DNA of 64,000 bases. It comes from a virus. Positions 46,772-56,476 of the stretch are shown one piece after another. The stretch's first letter is position 1. Each line of letters begins with the position of its first letter. The translations under genes and the position numbers were made by a program. The stretch lies in the IMG/VR virus record IMGVR_UViG_3300039191_000589, positions 1 to 64,000 of that record. One strand, written 5' to 3'. The notes beneath the pieces were generated by a model. It had not been told where the DNA came from, did not search any database, and worked only from the letters and a program-made list of their open reading frames with translations.

Positions 46772-47362
46772 TTGGCAATAGAAGATTTAGATATAGAAGA
46801 AATTTTTGATAGAGAGGTACCTTTTGAGCAAGATTATCAGGATGCAAAAGAAAATAATAATGTAATTTGGGATAAATATCAAGATAAAATTTTTAATACA
46901 ATAAATGGATTATCATATTGGAAGAATTTTGATAAAGATGAATTAATTCAACAATCATATTTGTATTTTTCAGAATTATGTAATAGATATAATCCTTATT
47001 ATGCAGGTAACTTTATTCCTTTTAATAAATATTTATTTAAAAATATAATAATTAAATTAAGAGCTTTTATTCAAAGATATTATTTTAAAAGAAAGCGTGA
47101 ACAGCCTACTGAAATATCAGACTATATGTTTAATTATATGAATAATAATGATGTATCTAAAAGTGATTTAAAAATACATGTTGAATATTTATATTCTTTA
47201 ATTACAAATAGACAAAAACAAATTTTAGAACTTTCATTAAAAGGATATAAACAACAAGAAATTGGTGAGATATTAGATATTTCTCAAAGTAGAGTTTCAG
47301 TTATAAAAAAGAAAACTCTACAAAAATTACAAAAAGTTATGGAAAAAAGAAAAGAAAAATAA
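46772..47362 (+). CDS. Phage-encoded sigma70-family factor (probable late sigma)
   Basis: Region 2-like DELIQQSY..F......YNP....F..Y; region 4 HTH ITNRQKQIL.L...GYKQQEIGEILDISQSRVS. Confidence 0.8.
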   Translation: MAIEDLDIEEIFDREVPFEQDYQDAKENNNVIWDKYQDKIFNTINGLSYWKNFDKDELIQQSYLYFSELCNRYNPYYAGNFIPFNKYLFKNIIIKLRAFIQRYYFKRKREQPTEISDYMFNYMNNNDVSKSDLKIHVEYLYSLITNRQKQILELSLKGYKQQEIGEILDISQSRVSVIKKKTLQKLQKVMEKRKEK

Positions 47363-47370
47363 TGTTAATT

Positions 47371-47404
47371 AAAGACCATTAAGAAATGTTTCTTGGTGGT
47401 CTTT
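47371..47404 (+). terminator. Terminator-like hairpin
   Basis: AAAGACCA...TGGTCTTT stem. Confidence 0.6.
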
Positions 47405-47581
47405 ATGTTTTATATAGTAATTTTGTATATTTTTTTTAAAAAAGCCATTGAATTATAATAATATAATAATGATTATAATATATTATAAGGTTCAATATAT
47501 TTATTAAATGAAATAATAAGCTATTCTTGGGGGATATTATAAAAATAAGGTTATAATTTTATAAGAGGTGATTATATTATA

Positions 47582-47683
47582 ATGGAAAATAAGAATAAAT
47601 GTCAATATTGTGATACTGAAAATAAAAGTCATAAAATTTATTGTTCATATTGTAAAGGTAATTTATATAATAAAAATAATTAA
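47582..47683 (+). CDS. 33-aa zinc-ribbon micro-protein (not in track)
   Basis: MENKNKCQYCDTENKSHKIYCSYCKGNLYNKNN*; RBS AGAGGTG. Confidence 0.55.
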   Translation: MENKNKCQYCDTENKSHKIYCSYCKGNLYNKNN

Positions 47684-47749
47684 AAAATAATTTAGTTTTA
47701 ATATAATTTATTATAATATCCCTCAAAAAATAAGAAAGGAGGATTAATA

Positions 47750-48538
47750 ATGGCTAAGATTACTAGATCAAATGATTATAGTGGATTAGATAATAAAACA
47801 TTTAATAAGTTAGCTAAACAAATTAACAATATTAATGAAGAAAATTTAGTTGATATTGTAGAAAATGAAAAAGAGGCTAAAATATTAAAAAAAGAATTAA
47901 GTCTTGAAGGGTATAATACTAAAATTAAACCTCATAATAATAAGTTTAAAGTTATAGCTGTAAAAAATAATGATCAAATTAAAATTGATTATCGAAAAGC
48001 TAAACAAAGTAATTGTTTTGAAAAAGTTGCTTGGGGAAGGTATTGTTTTCAAAGAAAAAATAATAATAATGATTTTAGTGATTATAATTTTGATGATGGT
48101 TCAATTTGGAAAGTTGAAGAGGACGAGGAGGATAATAAATATTTAGTTAAAGAGCTTAATAATGATGGTGATATTATAAGAGCAGCCGATAATAATATAA
48201 AATCAGTAGTAAATAAAGATAATTTAAAAAATGTATTATCTTTATTATATGATATTGATAATATTAATAATACTTTAGTAAAAGATTTATTAAATAATAT
48301 AGGAGATCAATTTTATTCTATGTTAAATAATAAAATATCATCATTAATTGATAATCAATTAGAAAAAAATTATAATATTGAATCTAATGCAATAAAAAAT
48401 AATGTTAAAGGATTAATTACACAAGCAATTAATAAAAAAGAAATTAAAAATAAAAAACATTTTCAACAATTTATTAATAAATCAGTTGAAAATCAAGAAT
48501 CATTAACTAATAAGCCTAATAAAATATTTAATCAATAA
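47750..48538 (+). CDS. Probable head-associated protein
   Basis: Strong RBS; first gene of the head cluster. Confidence 0.65.
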   Translation: MAKITRSNDYSGLDNKTFNKLAKQINNINEENLVDIVENEKEAKILKKELSLEGYNTKIKPHNNKFKVIAVKNNDQIKIDYRKAKQSNCFEKVAWGRYCFQRKNNNNDFSDYNFDDGSIWKVEEDEEDNKYLVKELNNDGDIIRAADNNIKSVVNKDNLKNVLSLLYDIDNINNTLVKDLLNNIGDQFYSMLNNKISSLIDNQLEKNYNIESNAIKNNVKGLITQAINKKEIKNKKHFQQFINKSVENQESLTNKPNKIFNQ

Positions 48539-48552
48539 GAGGGGGTTTATAA

Positions 48553-49494
48553 ATGACTAGTAAGAATTCTGATGTTTTATATGATAATAGAAAGAATGTT
48601 AGTGAAGATCCAGCATATGATTATAGGAAAAATTTAAATTGGAGAATTGATGGTGGCCCTCATAATGATGAAATTGAGGATCCAGGAATTAATGAGTTTT
48701 ATAAAGGTTACCAAATTAACCCTTATGAATTTAGACGGTGGGCTAATAAAAATTTATCAAAAAAACAACTAGAAAAATTATCAGCCCAAGAAGTAATGCC
48801 AATGAAATTTACTACTGATTATTTAGCTGATAAAATTTTAACTTTATGGAATGGAGTCGATGGACCTTTACAATATTTCTTTGATGGGTTTACATTAAAA
48901 TATGATAATAAATTAAAACAAGATATAGCTAAAAAATTAGAACAAAAAGGGTATAAAATATATCCAACCTTAACTGATGATCAACCAAATGATATAAGAT
49001 CAAGAAATGGAGAACATCGCCAAGTATATAAAGAAGTAATGTCTTCTAACAATGTTGATAATATATTAAAATATGCCAAATGTGTTTCTCAACATTGTCA
49101 AGCGGTTAATTTATTAGAAGGAGAAATTAATGATTTAAAAGAAGCTGGAAATGAAATTGAAAAATCAGATGCAAGTGGATTAGCTGAATATTATAAAAAT
49201 ATATTTCCAGAAGATTATGCAGTTTCTTTAGTTAATATTATGTTAGATGATTCTTTAGATGGTGCTTCAATTAATGATGAAAGCTTAGATATTAGTTATC
49301 CCCATGATCAATATCAACACATGTCAGAAGAATCACAAAAACAAATTGAAGATTATATGTCTGGAAATGCTGACCCTTATTATAATAAAGATGGTGGCGG
49401 AGAGTTTGGGTATAATTTTGTTACAGATATGAGAAATGATACAACACGCCCTACTCAGTATGAAACTAAAGTTAGTAATAAAAAAAAAGGTTAA
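48553..49494 (+). CDS. Probable head-associated protein; joins the next ORF by a -1 shift at A9
   Basis: 313-aa frame ending at A9 run 49480-49488. Confidence 0.7.
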   Translation: MTSKNSDVLYDNRKNVSEDPAYDYRKNLNWRIDGGPHNDEIEDPGINEFYKGYQINPYEFRRWANKNLSKKQLEKLSAQEVMPMKFTTDYLADKILTLWNGVDGPLQYFFDGFTLKYDNKLKQDIAKKLEQKGYKIYPTLTDDQPNDIRSRNGEHRQVYKEVMSSNNVDNILKYAKCVSQHCQAVNLLEGEINDLKEAGNEIEKSDASGLAEYYKNIFPEDYAVSLVNIMLDDSLDGASINDESLDISYPHDQYQHMSEESQKQIEDYMSGNADPYYNKDGGGEFGYNFVTDMRNDTTRPTQYETKVSNKKKG

Positions 49495-49898
49495 TAAAAA
49501 AATCTAATGAAATTGAAAATATCCCTTTATATGAAGTAATGAATGCTATTTCACAAGCTAGTAAAAATGTTTCAGGTTTATTAGGAGAAAAATTAGTTCA
49601 ACCTCCAGTATTGGTAGATACTATACGAGAACAAGAATTTAGTAATATACAAGAAGATAATTCTAGTTTTGAAAATGTAGTAGATACAATTAATGTAGTT
49701 CGGGTTCATGAAATTTGGGAGGTTTATTTAGGCGATATTGATGATAAAAAAGATATAGAAACTATTTTTATAGTCATTTCAGGAGACAATAAAATTAAGC
49801 AAAAATATGAAAAAGGAGATTGGAATAATATTGAATATCAAGGTTTTTATTCTACCCTTGAAGAAGCTAAAAATAATATTAAAGGTTATTTAGACTAA
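49482..49898 (+). CDS. KRLIKKS-led module reachable only by frameshift (track start 49539)
   Basis: Frame reads KKRLIKKSNEIENIPLYEVMNAIS...; no RBS at 49539; stop at 49479-49481 precedes it. Confidence 0.6.
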   Translation, partial: KKRLIKKSNEIENIPLYEVMNAISQASKNVSGLLGEKLVQPPVLVDTIREQEFSNIQEDNSSFENVVDTINVVRVHEIWEVYLGDIDDKKDIETIFIVISGDNKIKQKYEKGDWNNIEYQGFYSTLEEAKNNIKGYLD

Positions 49899-49919
49899 TA
49901 CAAATAGGAGTGAAATAAT

Positions 49920-52900
49920 ATGAGTGAAAAATTTTCTACAACTAGTTCATTGTTATTTAAAGAGAATAATAATAATAATGATAATTTACCTGATTGGATG
50001 AAAGATCTTGATATAGATTTACAAAAACAAGCTAATAAAAATAAAAATATACCAGATTTACCAACTAAAGAAGAAGGAGTTTTTGCTTCTGAAAAACAAA
50101 AAATTAATAGAGATAGCAAAAATGGAACTCCTCGACAAATGGAGGCATCATTAAGTAATGGTAGAATGGTAACAGGAGCTAAAATTAATTTAGCTACATT
50201 TTTATCAGGTAAATATTATAAAGTACAACCTGATATAAATGGTAATCAAATTCATTTAAAAACAAAAATTGAAGAAATTCCTGCTAAATTTAATTTTAAA
50301 TTTACTGCAAGTAGTGGAAAAATAAAAAAAGCACAAACTTTCTCTGTGTTTTTTAATAATGAAACCGCTGAGTATCCTTTTAGTAAAGCTGGTTTTGATG
50401 AATGTATTGATGATATTAATAATGAAGACATTAAAAGTGTTGAAGGTGAAGTTGGAGAAGGGGTTAATAAAACCTATCTTATTAGTAAAGAAGAAATTGT
50501 AAGACGATTTAATGGGGAATTAAGAAAAGCTACTGATAAAATTAATGAATTATTAGAAAATGATATGATTGTTGGGGTAGGAAGTAATACTTTTGCTTCT
50601 TTATATAATGTAGATCAATTATTTCCTAATGAACCTAAAGAAAAACCTCAACAAAAAGAAGGTTCTTTTGATTTTGCACCAAATAGAGAACATGTTGCAG
50701 CTAAACCTCATAAAACTGCTAATGTATTATCAATTGAAGCTAGTAAAATGTTATCTAATTTCTTTTCTGATTTTGCTATTAAAAATCATTTTCGAGAAGG
50801 AAAAGAATTATTTATTGAAGCTAGTGTTTTAAGTAATAATGGAGTAAAAAGAACATGTAATTTTTGTTTTGGTATTGATAATGAAAAAGTAAAATCATTA
50901 AAAGTAGCTGAATTAAATGGTGAAAGAATGACTGTGGAACAATTATTAAGTAAATTAAATATTAATAATAGTGTTTTAGATAAATACCTTACTAAAAATA
51001 ATAGTAATTCTAAAAGAATTTATCAAGGACGTGTATTAACAGCTCGAAGAATTAAAAATAAATTATTAGGAATTGTAAAAAAACAAAATATAAAAGATAT
51101 TATTCATAATTGGACAGATCGTGATTTAATTACTAAAATTAATAGCACAACATATACTACTCAACATAGTTTTGAAGAATTATTAGCTAATATTGAAGTT
51201 GATACATTATCAAATAAAGAACAACAAGAAATAAAGGCATATAAAAAGAAATTTGGTGAAGGTTTAGATATGAATAGAAATGATGTTGAAGATACTGGGG
51301 TAAGAGATTATGATCAAGTTAAACCTTCACGAGAATTAAGATTAGCTAATTTAAAGCAATTTTTATCAACTAAATTTAAAAACTTTAAAATTGAAAACTT
51401 TATTAATGATAATGGTATAAAAGAAGCTAAAATAATTATTAAACAAGGATATAAATTAGATACTTGTGAAGCTGATTTATATTTTATTAATCCTGAAAAT
51501 GGAGTAAAAAATAAAGTAAAAGCAAAAGCATATTTTTATAAAAATCATATTGATAATGTTTTAGTTCAATTAGGTAATAAACAAGTTTCTATTGATAAAG
51601 CTAGAACATTATTTAAACAAAGTGAATTATTATCTAACTATTTAGAAGATAATTCTATTAATAAAACAGCTGGATCAATTATTATTACTGAAAATAAAAT
51701 TAAAGATAAACTATCTAATTATGTTAATAATGAAGAAATTGATAATATTATTAATGAATGGTATAATGAAGGTTATATTAAAGAAATTAATTCTGGAATA
51801 TATGCTTCAAATTATTCTTTTGAAAACTTATTAAATAAAACTGAAGCTCAATTATTATCAAATAAAGATAGAACAGAAATAAAATTAGCTAAACAATATT
51901 TTGGGGAACAAATTAAAATTGGTCGTAAAGAAATTGATGATACTGGCGTAAGAGAAGCTAATGAAAAATTATCAAATGTTAATGTATTAAATAAGGTTAA
52001 TAAGTTTTTATCAAAACATTTTGATAATTTTAAACCTCAAGATTTTGAAGTTAATGGAGAAAATGTAACTTACACAATTAATTTATTTGATGAAGAAACT
52101 GGATTATCAACTAATATTGATTTTGATTTTATTATTAATGATAATGAAATAACTAATTGTTTAGCCAATTTAAATGGTGAACAAATTAAAATTAATAATA
52201 TTAAAAGAGCATTTTCAACAAATGAAATTTTAAATAAATATTTAAATCAAAACAATAATAAAAAGACAAACGCACCAATGATTATTACAACTAAACAATT
52301 ACAGGGTAAATTAAATAAAATTGCTAATATACCATTGCAAGAAATTAAACAAATGGTTAATAAATGGCATAAAACAGGAAAAATTAAAAAAATGGGATCC
52401 AATGTTTTTGCAAGTAATTATACCTTAGAGCAATTATTATCAATGTCTAATATTAGACCATTATCTGATAAAGAAATTGCTCAGAGGATTAATAAGAGTA
52501 AAAGAGATCGCGGTTTAGAAGTTAATGCTCAGCATATTAATGATCAAGATACAAGACAACCTATTGAACAATGGTCATCTCAAAGAATGGTAACTCATGC
52601 TAAATCTGAATTAAATAAAATCTTTGAAGATTATAACATATTAGATGCAAAAGTTAATAATGATTCTTATGTTATTACTGCTCGTGTTGTTAATCCTAAT
52701 AATGGAATAAATCAAAAATTATATTGTAAATTAAAAGTTTTAGGTGATAAATTAGGAAAATTAATAGCAATTAGTGATGGTAAAAATACTGTTAGTCCAG
52801 ATCAATTAAGTAAATTAGATGTTTCTAATGAAGCTTTAAGAGAATTTAATAACATTAATAAAGCTACTAAGCGAAACTATAAAAATGTTATTTCTAAAAG

Positions 52901-53363
52901 AAAATTAAATAATAAATTAATGGCTGTTATAGATAACAATAAAATTAATGATATAGTTAAACATTTAGTTAAAAATTCTGTTTTAAAGCCTCTTAATACT
53001 AATAAATTTGCATCTGATTATTCTTTAAATGAGATTGTAGCTTATTTAGATAAATCTAGCAAAACTAATTTAAATGCCGGTAAAAAACAACAACAATACG
53101 CTCAAAGAGATGAAAGCAAATTAAAAATAGATTATCGTGTAAATAAAGATGATAATTCAAGACAAATTGAATCTAAAGAGGAAAAATTACATTCTAATAT
53201 GATTAAAGTTTGTAGTAAAATTAAAAATAAAGCTAAAGAAGCCTGTAAAAAGAAAATTATTACTAAAAATAAATTAGAACAATTAGAATTACAATTAGAT
53301 AATGCTAAAAACAAAAAAGACATTGATAAAGTTTGGAAAGAATTAAAAAGATATTTTAAATAA
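49920..53363 (+). CDS. 1147-aa protein with about five internal ~220-aa repeats; probable virion internal/core protein
   Basis: Recurrent I.....I..KL...I..W...G.I..I.S..(F/Y)AS.YS.E.LL and D.G.R motifs. Confidence 0.7.
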   Translation: MSEKFSTTSSLLFKENNNNNDNLPDWMKDLDIDLQKQANKNKNIPDLPTKEEGVFASEKQKINRDSKNGTPRQMEASLSNGRMVTGAKINLATFLSGKYYKVQPDINGNQIHLKTKIEEIPAKFNFKFTASSGKIKKAQTFSVFFNNETAEYPFSKAGFDECIDDINNEDIKSVEGEVGEGVNKTYLISKEEIVRRFNGELRKATDKINELLENDMIVGVGSNTFASLYNVDQLFPNEPKEKPQQKEGSFDFAPNREHVAAKPHKTANVLSIEASKMLSNFFSDFAIKNHFREGKELFIEASVLSNNGVKRTCNFCFGIDNEKVKSLKVAELNGERMTVEQLLSKLNINNSVLDKYLTKNNSNSKRIYQGRVLTARRIKNKLLGIVKKQNIKDIIHNWTDRDLITKINSTTYTTQHSFEELLANIEVDTLSNKEQQEIKAYKKKFGEGLDMNRNDVEDTGVRDYDQVKPSRELRLANLKQFLSTKFKNFKIENFINDNGIKEAKIIIKQGYKLDTCEADLYFINPENGVKNKVKAKAYFYKNHIDNVLVQLGNKQVSIDKARTLFKQSELLSNYLEDNSINKTAGSIIITENKIKDKLSNYVNNEEIDNIINEWYNEGYIKEINSGIYASNYSFENLLNKTEAQLLSNKDRTEIKLAKQYFGEQIKIGRKEIDDTGVREANEKLSNVNVLNKVNKFLSKHFDNFKPQDFEVNGENVTYTINLFDEETGLSTNIDFDFIINDNEITNCLANLNGEQIKINNIKRAFSTNEILNKYLNQNNNKKTNAPMIITTKQLQGKLNKIANIPLQEIKQMVNKWHKTGKIKKMGSNVFASNYTLEQLLSMSNIRPLSDKEIAQRINKSKRDRGLEVNAQHINDQDTRQPIEQWSSQRMVTHAKSELNKIFEDYNILDAKVNNDSYVITARVVNPNNGINQKLYCKLKVLGDKLGKLIAISDGKNTVSPDQLSKLDVSNEALREFNNINKATKRNYKNVISKRKLNNKLMAVIDNNKINDIVKHLVKNSVLKPLNTNKFASDYSLNEIVAYLDKSSKTNLNAGKKQQQYAQRDESKLKIDYRVNKDDNSRQIESKEEKLHSNMIKVCSKIKNKAKEACKKKIITKNKLEQLELQLDNAKNKKDIDKVWKELKRYFK

Positions 53364-53371
53364 TAAAGGGG

Positions 53372-53770
53372 TTGATTTTATTGAGTAAAGATGATTTTAA
53401 AATTAAACAACCTAAATTGATGGGTTCTTCTAATGAACAACATGCTAATCCTTCTGGAGTAGATTATGATGATTTAGCTAGTGCATTAGGGGTATGTGAA
53501 GAAGATGATAGTGGTAATAATGATGAAGAAGATGAAGAAAATATAAATAAAAAAGAAACAAAAGGTGAAGTAAAAGATTTAAGAAAAAATAGTAATAGAT
53601 ATTATATGAAAACAGATTTAAAAAATAATGATGAAAATGATGATGAAGAAGAAGATAATAAAACAACTTTATTACAACCAGGAGTAGAAATGAGTTTTAG
53701 CACGGATAATTTTTCAAGAAGACCTGAACATTCATCACCATATACTCAAGGTCCTACTTGGAGTGATTAA
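53372..53770 (+). CDS. Acidic hypothetical head-region protein
   Basis: Open frame, TTG start. Confidence 0.6.
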   Translation: MILLSKDDFKIKQPKLMGSSNEQHANPSGVDYDDLASALGVCEEDDSGNNDEEDEENINKKETKGEVKDLRKNSNRYYMKTDLKNNDENDDEEEDNKTTLLQPGVEMSFSTDNFSRRPEHSSPYTQGPTWSD

Positions 53771-53784
53771 TAAGGGGTGATATA

Positions 53785-54189
53785 ATGAAAAGTAGATTAA
53801 AAAGAAATCACATAAAAAATCGTATAATGAATAAAACTGCTGCTTCAAAAGCATATATAGATCTTCACTCTATTGTATTACAAAGTGGGGATTATATTGC
53901 TTTTGAGGCAAGAATTACTAATAATGAACCTTGGTTTAATATACGTCATGAAACACAATATAGTTCAAGTTCATTTTATAATGGAAATGATTTTGATAGA
54001 GCATGTGAAGTATATGGTGAAATATTAATAGCTTTTAAGGGAACTGTTGGCACTGAAGAAATGAAAGAAATTAGAAATAATATTGAACAAGAAATTGAAA
54101 TTTTAATGGAAGATCATAAATTAATTAATAGAGACAATCATAATCAGCTTAATAAAAACCCTTATTTTTTAGGAATAAATAATTTTTAG
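53785..54189 (+). CDS. Head-region protein with basic MKSRLKR leader
   Basis: RBS GGGGTGA. Confidence 0.7.
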   Translation: MKSRLKRNHIKNRIMNKTAASKAYIDLHSIVLQSGDYIAFEARITNNEPWFNIRHETQYSSSSFYNGNDFDRACEVYGEILIAFKGTVGTEEMKEIRNNIEQEIEILMEDHKLINRDNHNQLNKNPYFLGINNF

Positions 54190-54201
54190 GAGGGTCATAT
54201 A

Positions 54202-54432
54202 GTGAAATCAAGATTACGTAAAAATAATAGTAAATTAAAGAAAAATAAAAAAGTAGCTTTAGAAATTACTGGTCCTGTTGGTCTTATTTTTCCTGATTTT
54301 CAAGATAAAGTTGATAATAAAGATGAAATTAAAGATAGAACCTATGGTCCTTCTTTTGAACATGAATGGTCGTTTGAAGATCCTATTAAAGATCCAGAAT
54401 GGAATATGATTGAACAATATTATGGAGAATAA
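54202..54432 (+). CDS. Head-region protein with basic MKSRLRK leader
   Basis: RBS AGGAGGG, GTG start. Confidence 0.7.
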   Translation: MKSRLRKNNSKLKKNKKVALEITGPVGLIFPDFQDKVDNKDEIKDRTYGPSFEHEWSFEDPIKDPEWNMIEQYYGE

Positions 54433-54508
54433 AATATAAAAATATTATAAAACATTATTTTATTTTTATATTCTATATGAAAAGAAAAAACGAAATGGAG
54501 GGTTTAAT

Positions 54509-55825
54509 GTGCAAGTTTCTAATAATAAAGAATTACCTAAATGGTTAAATAACTTCGTTGATGCTTTTGAAGATGGCGATAATGAAACTAAGGTTGCTAA
54601 AGGTGATAATAGAGAAGATAATAATATTGAGGATAAAAATAATCAAGATAGTCAACAAGAAAAATATAGTGAGGTCAATATTGATGATTTAGATGAGGTT
54701 GTATGGAAAGATGAAACTTTTTATGTTATGTTTGATGGTGATGTTGCTACAATACTTAATAAATTTGGTAATACTGTAACAACTCTTCAAGGTACTTCAA
54801 CAATAGAGGAGGTTAATGAAGAATTAAATGGTAAAGAAGTAGTAACTTCTAAAGAAAATAATCCTTTTGAAGAAGAAATTGAAAAAGTTTCTCCTTATCG
54901 TGAAGAAATTGAAGGGTTTGATGAACAACAACCTAATAACAACAATAATAATCAAATGACTAACCAACAACCTAATAACAACAATAATAATCAACAACAA
55001 CAGCCTAATAATAACAATAATAACCAACAACCTAATAATAACAATAATAATCAACAACCTACAGGATTTGATGGTCAACCAGTTCAACAAGCTGAAAAAA
55101 TAATTGCTAAGCAAAATGAAAAATTTGAAAAGCAAAGTGAAAAAATTAAACAAAAAGATAAAGAAATTAAAAAATTAAATGAAAAAGTTGCTAACTTACA
55201 AAATGATTTATCAGATTTAAAGAAAACAATTGAAGCATTAATTCCTCAAGATTATGCTCGTAATAATCCTGGAAATATTTTTGATATAGATTCAGGACAA
55301 TTTGATAAACAACGAAAAGAAGAAGGGGAAGAAGTAGAAAAAACATTAAGAGATATAGAGCAAGAAGTTGATCTTACCACTCCTGAAGGTAGAGCTGATT
55401 TCGTTGATAAAGTAGATAAAGATGTTAGAAAGAAAGATACTGAAAAAGAGGATTATAATGATTATAAAGATATTGAAGATGCTGAAATTAATTTTAATGA
55501 TATTGATTTAGAAGATGATAATTCAAGAACATTACAAGAAAATGATGATGTTGATAATGAAGTTGATATAGATATTGATTCATTGGATGAAGGAGAAGAA
55601 GTTGTTTTAGATAAAACAGCTAATAAAAAAATGCAAATTGAAAGATTATCAAATAAGAAAAAAATTAAGTTATTTAATAATAATATTTGTCCTAATTGTG
55701 ATAGTGAAGAAGAAACCTTGACTAAGCATAATTCAACTGGTAATTTTGAAGGTAAATATTGTGAAGGTTGTGGTTCAGAATTTGCTATTAATACCAAAAC
55801 TAATGAAGTTTATTGTAAACAATAA
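54509..55825 (+). CDS. Acidic Q/N-rich coiled-coil protein with C-terminal zinc ribbon (head region)
   Basis: QQPNNNNNN repeats, coiled coil, CPNC...CEGC. Confidence 0.7.
   Translation: MQVSNNKELPKWLNNFVDAFEDGDNETKVAKGDNREDNNIEDKNNQDSQQEKYSEVNIDDLDEVVWKDETFYVMFDGDVATILNKFGNTVTTLQGTSTIEEVNEELNGKEVVTSKENNPFEEEIEKVSPYREEIEGFDEQQPNNNNNNQMTNQQPNNNNNNQQQQPNNNNNNQQPNNNNNNQQPTGFDGQPVQQAEKIIAKQNEKFEKQSEKIKQKDKEIKKLNEKVANLQNDLSDLKKTIEALIPQDYARNNPGNIFDIDSGQFDKQRKEEGEEVEKTLRDIEQEVDLTTPEGRADFVDKVDKDVRKKDTEKEDYNDYKDIEDAEINFNDIDLEDDNSRTLQENDDVDNEVDIDIDSLDEGEEVVLDKTANKKMQIERLSNKKKIKLFNNNICPNCDSEEETLTKHNSTGNFEGKYCEGCGSEFAINTKTNEVYCKQ
54925..55060 (+). repeat. Coding tandem repeat (CAACAACCTAATAACAACAATAATAAT-like, QQPN6 x4)
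   Basis: Direct reading of the sequence. Confidence 0.8.
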
Positions 55826-55840
55826 AAGGAGGTTATTTAA

Positions 55841-56379
55841 ATGGAAGATTTAAGAAATAATGATACAAACCCTTTAAAGGGGAGTTTTGTTACAGCTGGT
55901 TATAGTGTTGAAGAAGAAAAGGTTAAGGAAATGTTAACTTTTATGGGTGTAGACCCTGATGAAGAAATAATTGCTGATGCTATAGGATATTTAAGTTCAA
56001 ATAGTATGGAAATAGATATGAATAATTTACATCAATTTTTACAGACTAAACAAATAATGAGTTCTAAACATACTAATAAAGTTCATGATTTTAGAAAAAA
56101 AAACAAATAACCAAACAAAATAATGATAATGATAGTAATATAATTAAAATTAATAAACCAATTCCTGATGAACAATTATTTAATTCAACTATGAAAAATT
56201 TATGTTATAAAGAAGTTTCTAATAGTTTTTTAGTTAAAAATATACAAGGGATTGAAATTAATATTACTCGAAGAAATAATCAAGTTAAATCTATTACTGG
56301 CTATAAAAACAATGAGATTATAGAAATACCAAAAGAAATTATCGAACAAATAAAAAAAGATATAAATCAAGCTTTGTAG
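55841..56379 (+). CDS. Hypothetical protein probably split by a -1 shift at A9 (track: 55841-56110 and 56191-56379)
   Basis: Second frame open from 56095; no RBS at 56191. Confidence 0.55.
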
Positions 56380-56380
56380 T

Positions 56381-56407
56381 AAAAAGAGGGGATTATCCCC
56401 TCTTTTT
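56381..56407 (+). terminator. Rho-independent terminator
   Basis: AAAAAGAGGGG/CCCCTCTTTTT. Confidence 0.75.
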
Positions 56408-56476
56408 ATTTATCTATAAAAAAAGTAAAAAAATTTTATTATTTTTTATATGTTATATATATGGAGGTGAAAATGA

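Noticed and set aside
16843-56379. TAG stop reassignment
   Set aside because: TAG ends several genes cleanly (16843, 30564, 31030, 46760, 54189, 56379) and genes are not fragmented under code 11
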